64,000 nt of DNA from Deltaproteobacteria bacterium (GTDB taxonomy: Bacteria; Desulfobacterota; Desulfobacteria; Desulfobacterales; JAHEIW01). Below the pieces are notes generated by a model. It worked only from the letters and a program-made list of their open reading frames with translations, was not told the DNA's origin and made no database searches. This document shows, piece after piece, positions 1 to 9,118 of this stretch. The position numbers and the translations under genes are program-made. Within the stretch, counting starts at the first letter, position 1. Each line of letters begins with the position of its first letter. The stretch is from assembly GCA_024639185.1 (NCBI GenBank), contig JAHEIW010000002.1, positions 2,842 through 66,841 of the forward strand. Direction: 5' to 3'.

Positions 1-631
1 TAGTATCTGTACCGTCCAAAGGTTTCAATTCTGAAACGAAGTAGGGGTTGATCAGAAAACGGACATCGATGATCAGATCGGCATCGTGGGGGATCCCATA
101 CTTAAAACCGAAAGAGACCACCTGAATCCGCATTGACACCTTGATCTTACTTTTGCGGGCAATCTCCAATATGCTGGCTTTGAGTTCATGGACCGTAAAA
201 TTGGATGTGTCAATGATTTTATCGGAAACGGCCCTCAAATCAGCCAATTGCTTTTTTTCGGCGCGGATGCCTTCCAGTAAACTTTTGGCCTGCTGAGAAA
301 GCGGATGTTGCCTGCGGGTGGCGCTATAGCGCTGTACCAGAATATCCTCTTCTGCCTCCAGAAAGAGAATTTCAAATGCGTAACCTTCTTTTTTTAGCGA
401 GTCAAAAACGGCGCTATATTCTGAAAGAAATCCCTTCTCCCGTAGGTCCATTGCCAGGGCTATACCGGCAATTCCGGTATCATTTTCAATGGGTAATTCC
501 AGAAATTTGGGTAGGAGGGCCACCGGCATGTTGTCCACACAGTAAAAGCCGGCATCCTCAAATGCTGCCATGGCCGTGCTTTTGCCGGAGCCGGATAGGC
601 CGGTTATAATGATGATAATTAGTTGTTTCAC
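1..631 (-). CDS. rapZ: RapZ (YhbJ-family RNase adapter / P-loop nucleotide-binding protein); 3' end runs off the window
   Basis: Not in the ORF track. It has a GTG start at 629-631 and stays open to position 1. Reverse-strand translation begins (V/M)[44 protein letters not shown]. This gives the P-loop GLSGSGKS and the FYCVDNxP motif. It lies next to ptsN-hpf-rpoN, the usual synteny. Confidence 0.85.
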   Translation of the reverse strand, partial: MKQLIIIIITGLSGSGKSTAMAAFEDAGFYCVDNMPVALLPKFLELPIENDTGIAGIALAMDLREKGFLSEYSAVFDSLKKEGYAFEILFLEAEEDILVQRYSATRRQHPLSQQAKSLLEGIRAEKKQLADLRAVSDKIIDTSNFTVHELKASILEIARKSKIKVSMRIQVVSFGFKYGIPHDADLIIDVRFLINPYFVSELKPLDGTDT

Positions 632-640
632 CTTATGGAT

Positions 641-892
641 TGCCTGAATTTTACATAAAAATTAATGAGACCTTAAGTTTAGAGGATTATATAGAGCTGT
701 GCAATTTATATATTTAATACATAAAATCGTTTAAGTAAAATGGATGATAATCAATTTATCTCATTAATTTTTACCCGGCGGGCGAGCCGGAGGTTTCCAT
801 CTGCTGTGTTATTAAAGGCGAAGCATAGTACACTATAGCTTCGCCCTTAAATGCCGTGCATATGAAATCCTCCGACTCGTGCAAAATTCAGG
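641..892. repeat. Nested inverted-repeat / multi-hairpin element in the rapZ-ptsN gap
   Basis: Outer inverted repeat: tgcctgaatttt (641-652) against aaaattcaggta (883-894), 11/12. Inner inverted repeat: aaaaattaatgaga (657-670) against tctcattaattttt (759-772), 14/14. Central hairpin ggcgaagcatag..ctatagcttcgcc at 817-846. Small hairpin ccggc-gggcga-gccgg at 775-790. No ORF is present. Confidence 0.4.
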
Positions 893-993
893 TAACACGC
901 CATTATCCATTAGCCGGAAAAATTGATGGCTATATCCCCTTTTTATACGAATAATGTTTTGGAATATGTAAGGCTGCCAATGATCGGTGTGGC

Positions 994-1452
994 TTAGAAC
1001 TCTTCATCATCCTGATTGATGATATCAAAGATTTCATCTTGATCAGCCGCATTCAGCAGTCGCTCTTTGAATTGATCATTTTTTAGGATTCTTGAGATGC
1101 GAGCCAGAAGCTTCAGGTGAAGTCCGGTGGAATCCTCGGGTGTGATCAGTACAAAGAAAATGTGAGTCGGTTCCCCGTCAATCGATTCAAAATCAATGCC
1201 TTTGCGGCTCAAACCAAATCCCAGCACCAGTGACTCGAGGTCTTTTATTTTACCATGCGGAATGCCGATGCCTCCGCCGATTCCAGTGCTGCCAAGCCGT
1301 TCTCTTTCCATGAGTACCCGTACCAGGTCCTCTGAATTCAGATCGGTACTTTCGGCCAATGGGGCTACCAGTTCCTCAAGCAGCCCCTTTTTATTTTGCG
1401 ATTTTAAATCATCCAAAATCGCTTCTTTCGGCATGACATCTAAGATTTTCAT
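994..1452 (-). CDS. ptsN: PTS IIA-Ntr nitrogen regulatory protein
   Basis: 152 aa with the PTS EIIA type-2 signature around the phospho-His (GIGGGIGIPHGK). Lies downstream of rpoN-hpf. Confidence 0.85.
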   Translation of the reverse strand: MKILDVMPKEAILDDLKSQNKKGLLEELVAPLAESTDLNSEDLVRVLMERERLGSTGIGGGIGIPHGKIKDLESLVLGFGLSRKGIDFESIDGEPTHIFFVLITPEDSTGLHLKLLARISRILKNDQFKERLLNAADQDEIFDIINQDDEEF

Positions 1453-1585
1453 GTACGTTTTACCTGTATGTTCTCAGGTGTTCCTGTGTTTGTAGATTAG
1501 GATTTTTAATAAAAAGAGAAGCGGGTAGGGCGTTATAGCACCTTTGATCAGTTGGGGCAATCAAAACCCGCAACCCGCGATGAGG

Positions 1586-2119
1586 TTAGCTGCTGGGTTG
1601 AATTAACCCGTAATGGCCGTCTTTACGTCGGTACAAAACGTTGACCTGATCTGAACGCGCATTGGTAAACACTAGAAAATTGTCATCGAGCAGGTCCAGC
1701 TGCAGGGCAGCTTCTTCGACATCCATGGGTTTATATTCGATGTGTTTGATGCGAATGTGACTTTCCGATTCATCATCGGTGCCACTGATATCTTGCTCCA
1801 GCATACTCTGGTTTAAGGGCCTGGCATTGCTGCGGCGTTCCCGGATTTTTTCCTTATTTTTCTTTATTTGTTTCTCCATTTTATCCAGGACCATATCAAT
1901 TGCCGAGTACATATCTACGGTTTCTTCTTTACCGTTTATCGTTAAACGGTCTCCGACGATGTTGATTTCAGCCATATGTCGAAATTTTTCAACGGATAAA
2001 ACCACGTTGGCTTCCGCTGGATTATCGAGTAAACGATCAAATCGATCTAACTTATCTTGAACGTATGATTTTAAGGTATCGGAAGAATTGAGGTTTTTAA
2101 ATGTTACCGATGTCTGCAT
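1586..2119 (-). CDS. hpf: Ribosome hibernation promoting factor, long form (sigma-54 modulation protein family)
   Basis: MQTSVTFKNL...LDRF N-terminus plus a C-terminal dimerisation extension. The track start at 2125 is a TTG. The ATG at 2119 follows an AGGGGGG Shine-Dalgarno sequence. Confidence 0.88.
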   Translation of the reverse strand: MQTSVTFKNLNSSDTLKSYVQDKLDRFDRLLDNPAEANVVLSVEKFRHMAEINIVGDRLTINGKEETVDMYSAIDMVLDKMEKQIKKNKEKIRERRSNARPLNQSMLEQDISGTDDESESHIRIKHIEYKPMDVEEAALQLDLLDDNFLVFTNARSDQVNVLYRRKDGHYGLIQPSS

Positions 2120-2130
2120 ACGCAACCCCC

Positions 2131-3567
2131 CTAAATTTGTTTACGTTTGTTGGATGGCAACACTTTGAGCATTTCACGATATTTCGCAACCGTGCGACGT
2201 GCGATGTGAATGTCATGGTCATGTTTTAAGAGTTGTGAAATTTTATCATCGCTGTATGGCTTTTTAGGATTTTCAGCCGCAATGATTTGACGTATTTTCT
2301 CCTGAACACTGGCAGAGGCGATATCACCACCATGCGACCGCCTGATAGAGCTGTTAAAAAAGTATTTTAATTCAAATATACCCTGCGGCGTGTAAGCGTA
2401 TTTATTGGTGGTGACGCGGCTAATCGTGGATTCGTGCATGCTGATATCCTGAGCCACATCCCTGAGCACCATCGGCTTCAAATAGGCAATGCCCTGTTCA
2501 AAGAAATCCCGTTGAAACTTCAAGATGCTCTCCATAACCTTATATATGGTTTTCTGACGCTGATGAATGCTTTTGATCAACCAGGCTGCCGACCTTATTT
2601 TGTCCTGAATGTAATCTTCGGCATCTCCGGGAATTTTTTTTCCGCGACTGATGGTTTTTTTATAGAATGAATTAACGCGCAGTTTGGGCATCCCGTCATC
2701 ATTGAGCATAATCACAAAATCGTCTTCCAATTTATAAACGTAGATGTCCGGGTTTATATATTGTGGCGTTTCTTCGCTAAATTGGCGGCCGGGTTTGGGC
2801 TCGAGTGCCTTGATGATGTTGACCGTCGAAACCACATCGTCCATGCTAATTTTTAGTGCTTTGCAGATACCTTTGTAATTTTTCTTTTCCAGATCATGAA
2901 GATGATTACTGATAATGTCGCAAACGATTGTATTTTCGAACCCGAAATGTTTGGCCTGAATCAGCAAACACTCCTTCAGATTTCGAGCACATACACCAAT
3001 TGGATCAAAAGACTGCATTTGCAGCAGCGTCTGTTCAACTGCCTCGACAGGTGTATTGGTTGCCGCGGCGATTTCTTCAACGGTGCTGTCCAAAAAGCCG
3101 TCTGCATTGAGGTTGCCCACGATTTGGCTGGCGACCACTTCTTCTTCGGCTTTGGGTTTGATCATCAGAAATTGCCATAACAGGTGATCGCGCAATGATT
3201 TTTTGGGTGCGATAAAAGCTTCAAAGCGCGGTGTGTCGCGATCTTCAGCCTCATAACTTACCCGTCCGGGGGTATTGTATTCCCCCAGATAGTTGCTCCA
3301 ATCGATATCGTCATGAATTTTTTCGTCAATCGTGACTTCTTCAGTCTTGGCGGTGTCTTCAGATGATTTTTCAGACTGTTCAGGCAGGTTGTCGTTGGAG
3401 GAGCTTTCCTGAATTTCTTCAAGGGCTGGATTTTCTTCGAGTTCCTGTCGGATGGTATCCAGCAGTTCCAAACGGGATAGCTGCAGTAATTTGATGGCCA
3501 TCTGCAGCTGTGGTGTCATGATAAGCTGCTGCGTCAGTTTGAGCTGTTGTCTTAATTCAAGTGCCAT
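2131..3567 (-). CDS. rpoN: RNA polymerase sigma-54 factor
   Basis: 478 aa. N-terminal Gln/Leu-rich region I (MALELRQQLKLTQQLIMTPQLQ) and C-terminal RpoN box ARRTVAKYRE. Confidence 0.96.
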   Translation of the reverse strand: MALELRQQLKLTQQLIMTPQLQMAIKLLQLSRLELLDTIRQELEENPALEEIQESSSNDNLPEQSEKSSEDTAKTEEVTIDEKIHDDIDWSNYLGEYNTPGRVSYEAEDRDTPRFEAFIAPKKSLRDHLLWQFLMIKPKAEEEVVASQIVGNLNADGFLDSTVEEIAAATNTPVEAVEQTLLQMQSFDPIGVCARNLKECLLIQAKHFGFENTIVCDIISNHLHDLEKKNYKGICKALKISMDDVVSTVNIIKALEPKPGRQFSEETPQYINPDIYVYKLEDDFVIMLNDDGMPKLRVNSFYKKTISRGKKIPGDAEDYIQDKIRSAAWLIKSIHQRQKTIYKVMESILKFQRDFFEQGIAYLKPMVLRDVAQDISMHESTISRVTTNKYAYTPQGIFELKYFFNSSIRRSHGGDIASASVQEKIRQIIAAENPKKPYSDDKISQLLKHDHDIHIARRTVAKYREMLKVLPSNKRKQI

Positions 3568-3568
3568 T

Positions 3569-4291
3569 TTATAATTTAAACTCGTCTCCTAGATATGCCC
3601 GGCATGCGGCTTCACTGTTGGCAATTTGTTGCGGACTTCCGGACTCGATCACCTGCCCGTCGCACAATATGTATGCTATATCACAGACACCCAGCGTATC
3701 TCTGACGTTGTGATCGGAAATTAAGATACCGATTCCGCGCATCTTCAAATGTTTAATTATACTCTTGATATCATTGACTGCCAGGGGGTCTACACCGGCA
3801 AATGGTTCGTCTAACAGAATGAATGAAGGATTTATGGCAAGTGATCTTGAAATTTCAAGCCGCCTTTTTTCGCCACCCGATAGCAGGCTGGCTTTTTGAT
3901 CGGCTAAATGCGTGATGCCCAGCTCTTCAAGCAGCAAATCAGCTCTTTCGGTCCGCTCAGAATTAGAAATCGGAAGAATTTCAAGAATTGCCATTACATT
4001 TTGTCTAACAGACAGCTTTCGGAAGATAGATGTTTCCTGGGGAAGATAGCCGACACCCTTGCGAGATCGGATGTGCATAGGGTAATCAGTTATGTCTTCA
4101 TCGTCAAGCAGCACATGTCCACCATTCGGCTTGACCAAACCCACCGTCATGTAAAATGTTGTGGTCTTGCCCGCTCCATTGGGGCCGAGCAAGCCGACCA
4201 CCCCGCCGCTTGCAATTTCTAAGCTGACCGAATCGACAACCTTGCGTCCGCCATATTTTTTTATCAGATTTTGAAGATACAGTGTTGTCAT
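3569..4291 (-). CDS. lptB: LPS export ABC transporter ATP-binding protein
   Basis: Walker A GPNGAGKTT, ABC signature LSGGEKRR and Walker B ILLDEP. Positioned between lptA and rpoN. Confidence 0.9.
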   Translation of the reverse strand: MTTLYLQNLIKKYGGRKVVDSVSLEIASGGVVGLLGPNGAGKTTTFYMTVGLVKPNGGHVLLDDEDITDYPMHIRSRKGVGYLPQETSIFRKLSVRQNVMAILEILPISNSERTERADLLLEELGITHLADQKASLLSGGEKRRLEISRSLAINPSFILLDEPFAGVDPLAVNDIKSIIKHLKMRGIGILISDHNVRDTLGVCDIAYILCDGQVIESGSPQQIANSEAACRAYLGDEFKL

Positions 4292-4468
4292 CTTATTCGA
4301 TTTAATGTAAGCGCCGCAAGCAGTCGCACCGCCACAAAACCGGTGTTGTAAACCGTTGCCTTTGGCGCTGGATCAATTCAACTATCTCATTTTAAATGAG
4401 TTGCACGAAAATTGCAAGCATTACAAAAAGCCGTATAATGGCGGTTGTCCAATCTATTTTGTTTACGA

Positions 4469-5038
4469 TTAATCAGGGCTGAGGATGGCCCTGACCCTAT
4501 CCCCCCCACCGCCTTCAACCGTTAAGGTCCCCTCGGAGCGCTGCAGGGTAAATTTTGATCCGGTAATCAAATCACCATCGCGCGTCACCCGGGACGGTTT
4601 TCCGGTAAGGATAAAAACATCAGATTTTATTGTATATTCGGCCAAATCCCCTTCGGCAACCATATCGTCAAATACGATTTTGACACGCCCGCTGGCAATG
4701 ATTTTGCGGATGGCATCTGCTTTGGGCGACTTGCCTTTATTCTCTACAGCAACCGCATCATAAACAATTTTTAAGCGGTTTGCGGTTATCACCGTTCCGG
4801 GTTGCTGCACTTTGACATTTCCGAAAAACGTTACTTCGGCAGCATCAATTTCAGCAATCAGCTTATCAGCCGTAATCCGAATGGTTTTGGTGTTAGAAAG
4901 GTTAACTCGATGTTCGGAGGGCTCGCTTGCTGCAGTATTTTGGACTGTCAAACCAACCGCGGCCACAATGATTATTGCCATCAGGCTGCTGATCGAGCGG
5001 CATCGATGGCCGAATTTAGAGCGCAAAATCTTCATCAA
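4469..5038 (-). CDS. lptA: LPS transport periplasmic protein LptA (OstA-like)
   Basis: 189 aa with an N-terminal signal-like hydrophobic segment and a beta-jellyroll-like repetitive sequence. Sits between lptC and lptB. Confidence 0.7.
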   Translation of the reverse strand: MMKILRSKFGHRCRSISSLMAIIIVAAVGLTVQNTAASEPSEHRVNLSNTKTIRITADKLIAEIDAAEVTFFGNVKVQQPGTVITANRLKIVYDAVAVENKGKSPKADAIRKIIASGRVKIVFDDMVAEGDLAEYTIKSDVFILTGKPSRVTRDGDLITGSKFTLQRSEGTLTVEGGGGDRVRAILSPD

Positions 5039-5597
5039 TAGTTGTTGCCACCCCGCCTTCCAGCGTCAGTCGTTTGGCATCCAGTTCAAAAGATAACGAC
5101 CTGGCCGCCAGCTCGGCCGATGCGCCCGAAATCCTTACCGGGGTTTTCGAATACAGTACGCGTTGATCGTGGACGTAGTTTAAATTTTCAGTCATTAGCT
5201 TGTATTCGTTGTTCTTGAGGACAACATTGCCGGAAACCTCAATGTTGCTCGTGTCGGTACTCAAAGTGCCCTGATCGGCTAACAGAGTGATCTCACTCTT
5301 ATCCTTAAGAAAAAAGGTAACTTTCACGTCTTTTAATAACATTTGCCGGGTCTTATCCAGATAATGGCCCGAACTGGCCTCGAGGCTCCATTCCTTTTTC
5401 CCATCTCGCGTGGCTGTTTGCTGTATTTTATTCACCGATAGTGTGGCATCCGGTTCATCCGATTCCACTTCCTGTTTCACAACGTTTGCGTCCGGTCGAA
5501 ATTGAATATAAATTGCAATAACGGCGCTCAGGGCGATCACGATGGTGGCCAGCAATATGAATTTAAGTTTTTTCGGTTTTTTGTAAACAGTTGTCAT
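5016..5597 (-). CDS. lptC: LPS export system protein LptC
   Basis: Single N-terminal TM (LKFILLATIVIALSAVIAIYI) followed by an OstA-like fold. Synteny is lptC-lptA-lptB. I prefer the ATG at 5597 (MTTVYKKPKK) over the track start at 5648. Confidence 0.62.
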   Translation of the reverse strand: MTTVYKKPKKLKFILLATIVIALSAVIAIYIQFRPDANVVKQEVESDEPDATLSVNKIQQTATRDGKKEWSLEASSGHYLDKTRQMLLKDVKVTFFLKDKSEITLLADQGTLSTDTSNIEVSGNVVLKNNEYKLMTENLNYVHDQRVLYSKTPVRISGASAELAARSLSFELDAKRLTLEGGVATTIDEDFAL

Positions 5598-5816
5598 AAT
5601 GAATTGATAGAACCATCGGGCGCCCTTGCAGCGCGATCCGTGCCGCAAATGGGCCCGGCACCTTAACGAATTGATAATACCCGTTTTTTAAATGATGGGA
5701 AAAAATTTAGCTCGTGCATTATCAAAAGTCAAGAAACGAAAAGAGGCCTTGATTCTACAACTTTGACCTGTTATTAATTCTAGTTCATTTATTGCACCTG
5801 ACTGGAGCGTAACCGA

Positions 5817-7205
5817 TTGAAAGAAAAAACGAAACGTAAGAAAAGCGGATTGTTGATAATTGCCGGCATCATCATATTGGTGCCCATTTTTTGGTTTCTG
5901 TTGATTCGCTTCGAGGGCCAGGACCCCGAAGTTGGTTTTGAGCTTGCATCGCCCTACCTGGGAAAAAAGGCACAGAAATTTTCGATCTCTTTAACAGATC
6001 CGCAAAGTGGCCTGAGAAAAGTATGGGTTGCCATGGTCAAAGACGGTAAAGAGGTGGTCCTGGTTGACACCGATTTTCCCTCAGCCGGGTTTTTCAGCGG
6101 TGGTAAGACCAAATCCCACACTATGGAAATCCCCTTTGAGCCGTCATCTTATCAATTATCGGATGGCGAAGCCATTCTGCGCCTGGCCGTCTGGGACTAC
6201 TCATGGCGGGACTGGTGGAAGGGAAATCGGGTCTATATCGAAAAGAATCTGATCATCGATACCCGGCCGCCGGAAATTGAAGTCATCAGCAGCGTACATA
6301 ACTTGACCCAGGGCGGTTCGGGGCTTGTGGTTTTCCGTACTTCGCAGGATGCCCACCAAAGCGGGGTTCAAGTGGGTGACAATTTCTTCCCTGCACATGC
6401 CGGGTATTTTCAAGATGCCGGCATTCAGATGGCTTACATTGGATTGGGTTATCTGCAGGGTCCCGAAACCCGGATTTATGTCAGGGCCGAAGATCAGGCC
6501 GGCAATAGCGCAGAGGCCGGGATCAACTATTACATCCGCAAAAAGGTTTTTAAAAAAGACAAAATCCGTATTTCGGACCGCTTTTTAAACCGCAAGATGC
6601 CCGAATTTAAGGCCCTGGCTTCCGTGCCGCCGACCGGTTCGTCGATTGAAAAATTCATTAAAATCAATCGTGATCTACGCCGGGCAAATTATCAGCAGCT
6701 CACGGAGTTGGTGCAAACCACAGCGGCGGTCAAATACTGGCAGGGGGCGTTTAAGCGGATGAGCGGAGCGGCGAATCAGGCCGGTTTTGCCGATCATCGT
6801 GTCTATGAATACAAGGGCGATCTTATTGACCGACAGGTACATCTGGGTATCGATCTGGCTTCAGTCCAACATGCACCTGTTCCAGCGGCCAATAGCGGCG
6901 TCATCATGTTTCGCGGAGACCTGGGTATTTATGGTAAAGCGGTGCTCATCGATCATGGTTTCGGGCTGTTTAGCATGTACGCCCACCTGAATGCCAGCGA
7001 CGTAACCAAAGGGCAACAGGTGCAAAGGGGCGATATCATTGGCCGCACGGGCAGTACCGGGCTTGCGGGCGGTGATCATTTACACTTCAGTATGCTGGTG
7101 CACAACACATTTGTTAATCCGATCGAATGGTGGGATGCATCCTGGATTAAAAACAATATAACCGCCAAGATTGAAGCGGTACCGTCTGCTCCGGCGTCCA
7201 AATAG
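5817..7205 (+). CDS. M23-family (LytM-type) peptidoglycan metalloendopeptidase, membrane anchored
   Basis: 462 aa with an N-terminal TM. C-terminal M23 motifs HLGIDL...GSTGLAGGDHLHFSM. TTG start with GGAG 9 nt upstream. Confidence 0.8.
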   Translation: MKEKTKRKKSGLLIIAGIIILVPIFWFLLIRFEGQDPEVGFELASPYLGKKAQKFSISLTDPQSGLRKVWVAMVKDGKEVVLVDTDFPSAGFFSGGKTKSHTMEIPFEPSSYQLSDGEAILRLAVWDYSWRDWWKGNRVYIEKNLIIDTRPPEIEVISSVHNLTQGGSGLVVFRTSQDAHQSGVQVGDNFFPAHAGYFQDAGIQMAYIGLGYLQGPETRIYVRAEDQAGNSAEAGINYYIRKKVFKKDKIRISDRFLNRKMPEFKALASVPPTGSSIEKFIKINRDLRRANYQQLTELVQTTAAVKYWQGAFKRMSGAANQAGFADHRVYEYKGDLIDRQVHLGIDLASVQHAPVPAANSGVIMFRGDLGIYGKAVLIDHGFGLFSMYAHLNASDVTKGQQVQRGDIIGRTGSTGLAGGDHLHFSMLVHNTFVNPIEWWDASWIKNNITAKIEAVPSAPASK

Positions 7206-7285
7206 TCAAATAGTTGACTGGTTCAATAGTAAAATGGGTTGAATCCTAAGACCAATTGACCATTCAACGAATTATCCGATTCGCT

Positions 7286-7855
7286 ATGACAGAAACATAT
7301 CGTGCCTTTGTCGCCATTGATCTGCCTGAAAGCGTTCGCTTTGCCCTTGGTGCGCTTCAGGAAGAGCTTAAATCATCTAAATTTCGCGTCGAATGGGTAC
7401 GGCCGGAAAGTATCCATTTAACATTAAAATTTCTAGGCGATATCGAGGTGGCCCGGACCGATGCCATCGTTGGCGCAATGACACTGGCCGCAAAAGGCAG
7501 CACCCAGCTGGCTTTGGTGCCCAGCGGTCTGGGTGTGTTTCCGAATGCCCGGCGGCCGCGTGTCATATGGGTCGGCCTGGGCGGACAATTGGACCACCTG
7601 AAAAGTTTGCAACAGACGCTTGACGCGCACCTGGCGGATTTGGGGTTTCCCTCCGAAACGCGCCCGTTTAAAGGCCATTTGACGCTGGGTCGTGTAAAAG
7701 GGAAAATTGCTGTCGATCGCATGCAGGCGGCGCTCGCTAAATTTAATGCATTTGAATTCGAAGGTTTTGAGGCCGACCGGATCATCCTGTTTAAAAGCGA
7801 GCTGCGCCCGAGCGGAGCCGTTTACACCAAGGTCGCTCAAGTCAATTTGGATTGA
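7286..7855 (+). CDS. thpR: RNA 2',3'-cyclic phosphodiesterase / 2'-5' RNA ligase family
   Basis: Two HxT/Sx motifs (HLTLKFLG and HLTLGRV) typical of the 2H phosphoesterase superfamily. The ATG at 7286 (MTETYRAF) is preferred over the TTG at 7256. Confidence 0.8.
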   Translation: MTETYRAFVAIDLPESVRFALGALQEELKSSKFRVEWVRPESIHLTLKFLGDIEVARTDAIVGAMTLAAKGSTQLALVPSGLGVFPNARRPRVIWVGLGGQLDHLKSLQQTLDAHLADLGFPSETRPFKGHLTLGRVKGKIAVDRMQAALAKFNAFEFEGFEADRIILFKSELRPSGAVYTKVAQVNLD

Positions 7856-8049
7856 ATAGCATTTTATGACAAAACAATCACGCCACCAAGCCCCAAAGGC
7901 ACAAAGATAAATATAAACCAGAGTTTTCACTTTGTGTCTTGGTGCCTTTGTGGCAATATATTCCGGGTTGACCCGGTATGGTATGTGGCGACATTATTTA
8001 GACAAAATGTTGTTGATAGAAATTTACATCAAGCCAGGAGGAGGGCTTT

Positions 8050-9105
8050 ATGACGATTTCACCGGATAAAGAAAAAGCATTGGAAACGGCGATGTCCCAG
8101 GTTGAACGCCAGTTCGGCAAGGGATCCATTATGAAACTGGGAAGCCGCCCGGTTGTTGAAGTGCCGGTTATCTCCACCAGTTCGCTGGCCCTGGACAAAG
8201 CGCTGGGAATTGGCGGCTTGCCCCGCGGCAGAGTGATTGAAATTTACGGTCCGGAAGCATCCGGCAAAACCACCCTGGCCCTGCATGCGGTAGCTGAAGC
8301 GCAGAAAAAAGATGGTATCGCGGCGTTTATCGACGCCGAGCATGCCCTTGACACGGTTTATGCCAAGCAACTCGGTGTTAATTGTGATGATCTGCTTGTC
8401 GCCCAGCCGGATACCGGCGAGCAGGCGCTTGAAATTGCGGATATGCTGGTCAGAAGCGGTGCCATTGATGTTGTTGTGATTGACTCGGTGGCCGCGCTGG
8501 TGCCACGCGCTGAAATTGAAGGTGAAATGGGAGACTCGCATATGGGGCTGCAAGCCCGTTTGATGTCCCAGGCGATGCGCAAGTTAACCGGCACGATCAG
8601 TAAAACCATGACATCCATAATTTTTATCAATCAGATTCGGATGAAAATTGGTGTGATGTTCGGCAACCCTGAGACCACCACCGGCGGCAATGCCCTTAAA
8701 TTTTATTCTTCTGTCCGACTGGACATCCGACGCATCGGCGCCATCAAGGACGGACAGGAGGTTATCGGAAACCGCACCCGGGTTCGAGTGGTTAAAAACA
8801 AAATGGCTCCGCCGTTTACCGACGCTGAATTTGACATTGTCTATGGAGAGGGCATTTCAAAATACGGCGATTTGATTGATGTGGGCGTTGCCGCCGGCAT
8901 TATCGAAAAAAGCGGTTCCTGGTATTCACACGCGGGTGAGCGCATCGGGCAGGGACGCGAAAACGTTAAACGGTTTTTAAAGGAAAATCCCGATCTTTTT
9001 GAATCCATGTATACCAATGTCAGAGATACGCTGGGGCTATCGGATGCAGAAGACACCGACGCTAAAGAAGACAAAAAAGAGCTAACCCAAAAAGCAAAAG
9101 CCTAA
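8050..9105 (+). CDS. recA: Recombinase A
   Basis: 351 aa. Walker [13 protein letters not shown] and canonical RecA core ([14 protein letters not shown]). Strong RBS GGAGGAGGG. Confidence 0.97.
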   Translation: MTISPDKEKALETAMSQVERQFGKGSIMKLGSRPVVEVPVISTSSLALDKALGIGGLPRGRVIEIYGPEASGKTTLALHAVAEAQKKDGIAAFIDAEHALDTVYAKQLGVNCDDLLVAQPDTGEQALEIADMLVRSGAIDVVVIDSVAALVPRAEIEGEMGDSHMGLQARLMSQAMRKLTGTISKTMTSIIFINQIRMKIGVMFGNPETTTGGNALKFYSSVRLDIRRIGAIKDGQEVIGNRTRVRVVKNKMAPPFTDAEFDIVYGEGISKYGDLIDVGVAAGIIEKSGSWYSHAGERIGQGRENVKRFLKENPDLFESMYTNVRDTLGLSDAEDTDAKEDKKELTQKAKA

Positions 9106-9118
9106 CTTGGAGATATGC

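Noticed and set aside
376-609. 77-aa plus-strand ORF
   Set aside because: It overlaps the clearly coding rapZ frame on the opposite strand.
7856-8049. Search for a LexA/SOS box upstream of recA
   Set aside because: I found an inverted repeat (aaggcacaaag...ctttgtgtctt) and a TTGACC -35-like hexamer. Nothing matched a LexA consensus I know, whether the Geobacter-type GGTT-N10-ACC or the E. coli CTGT-N8-ACAG.
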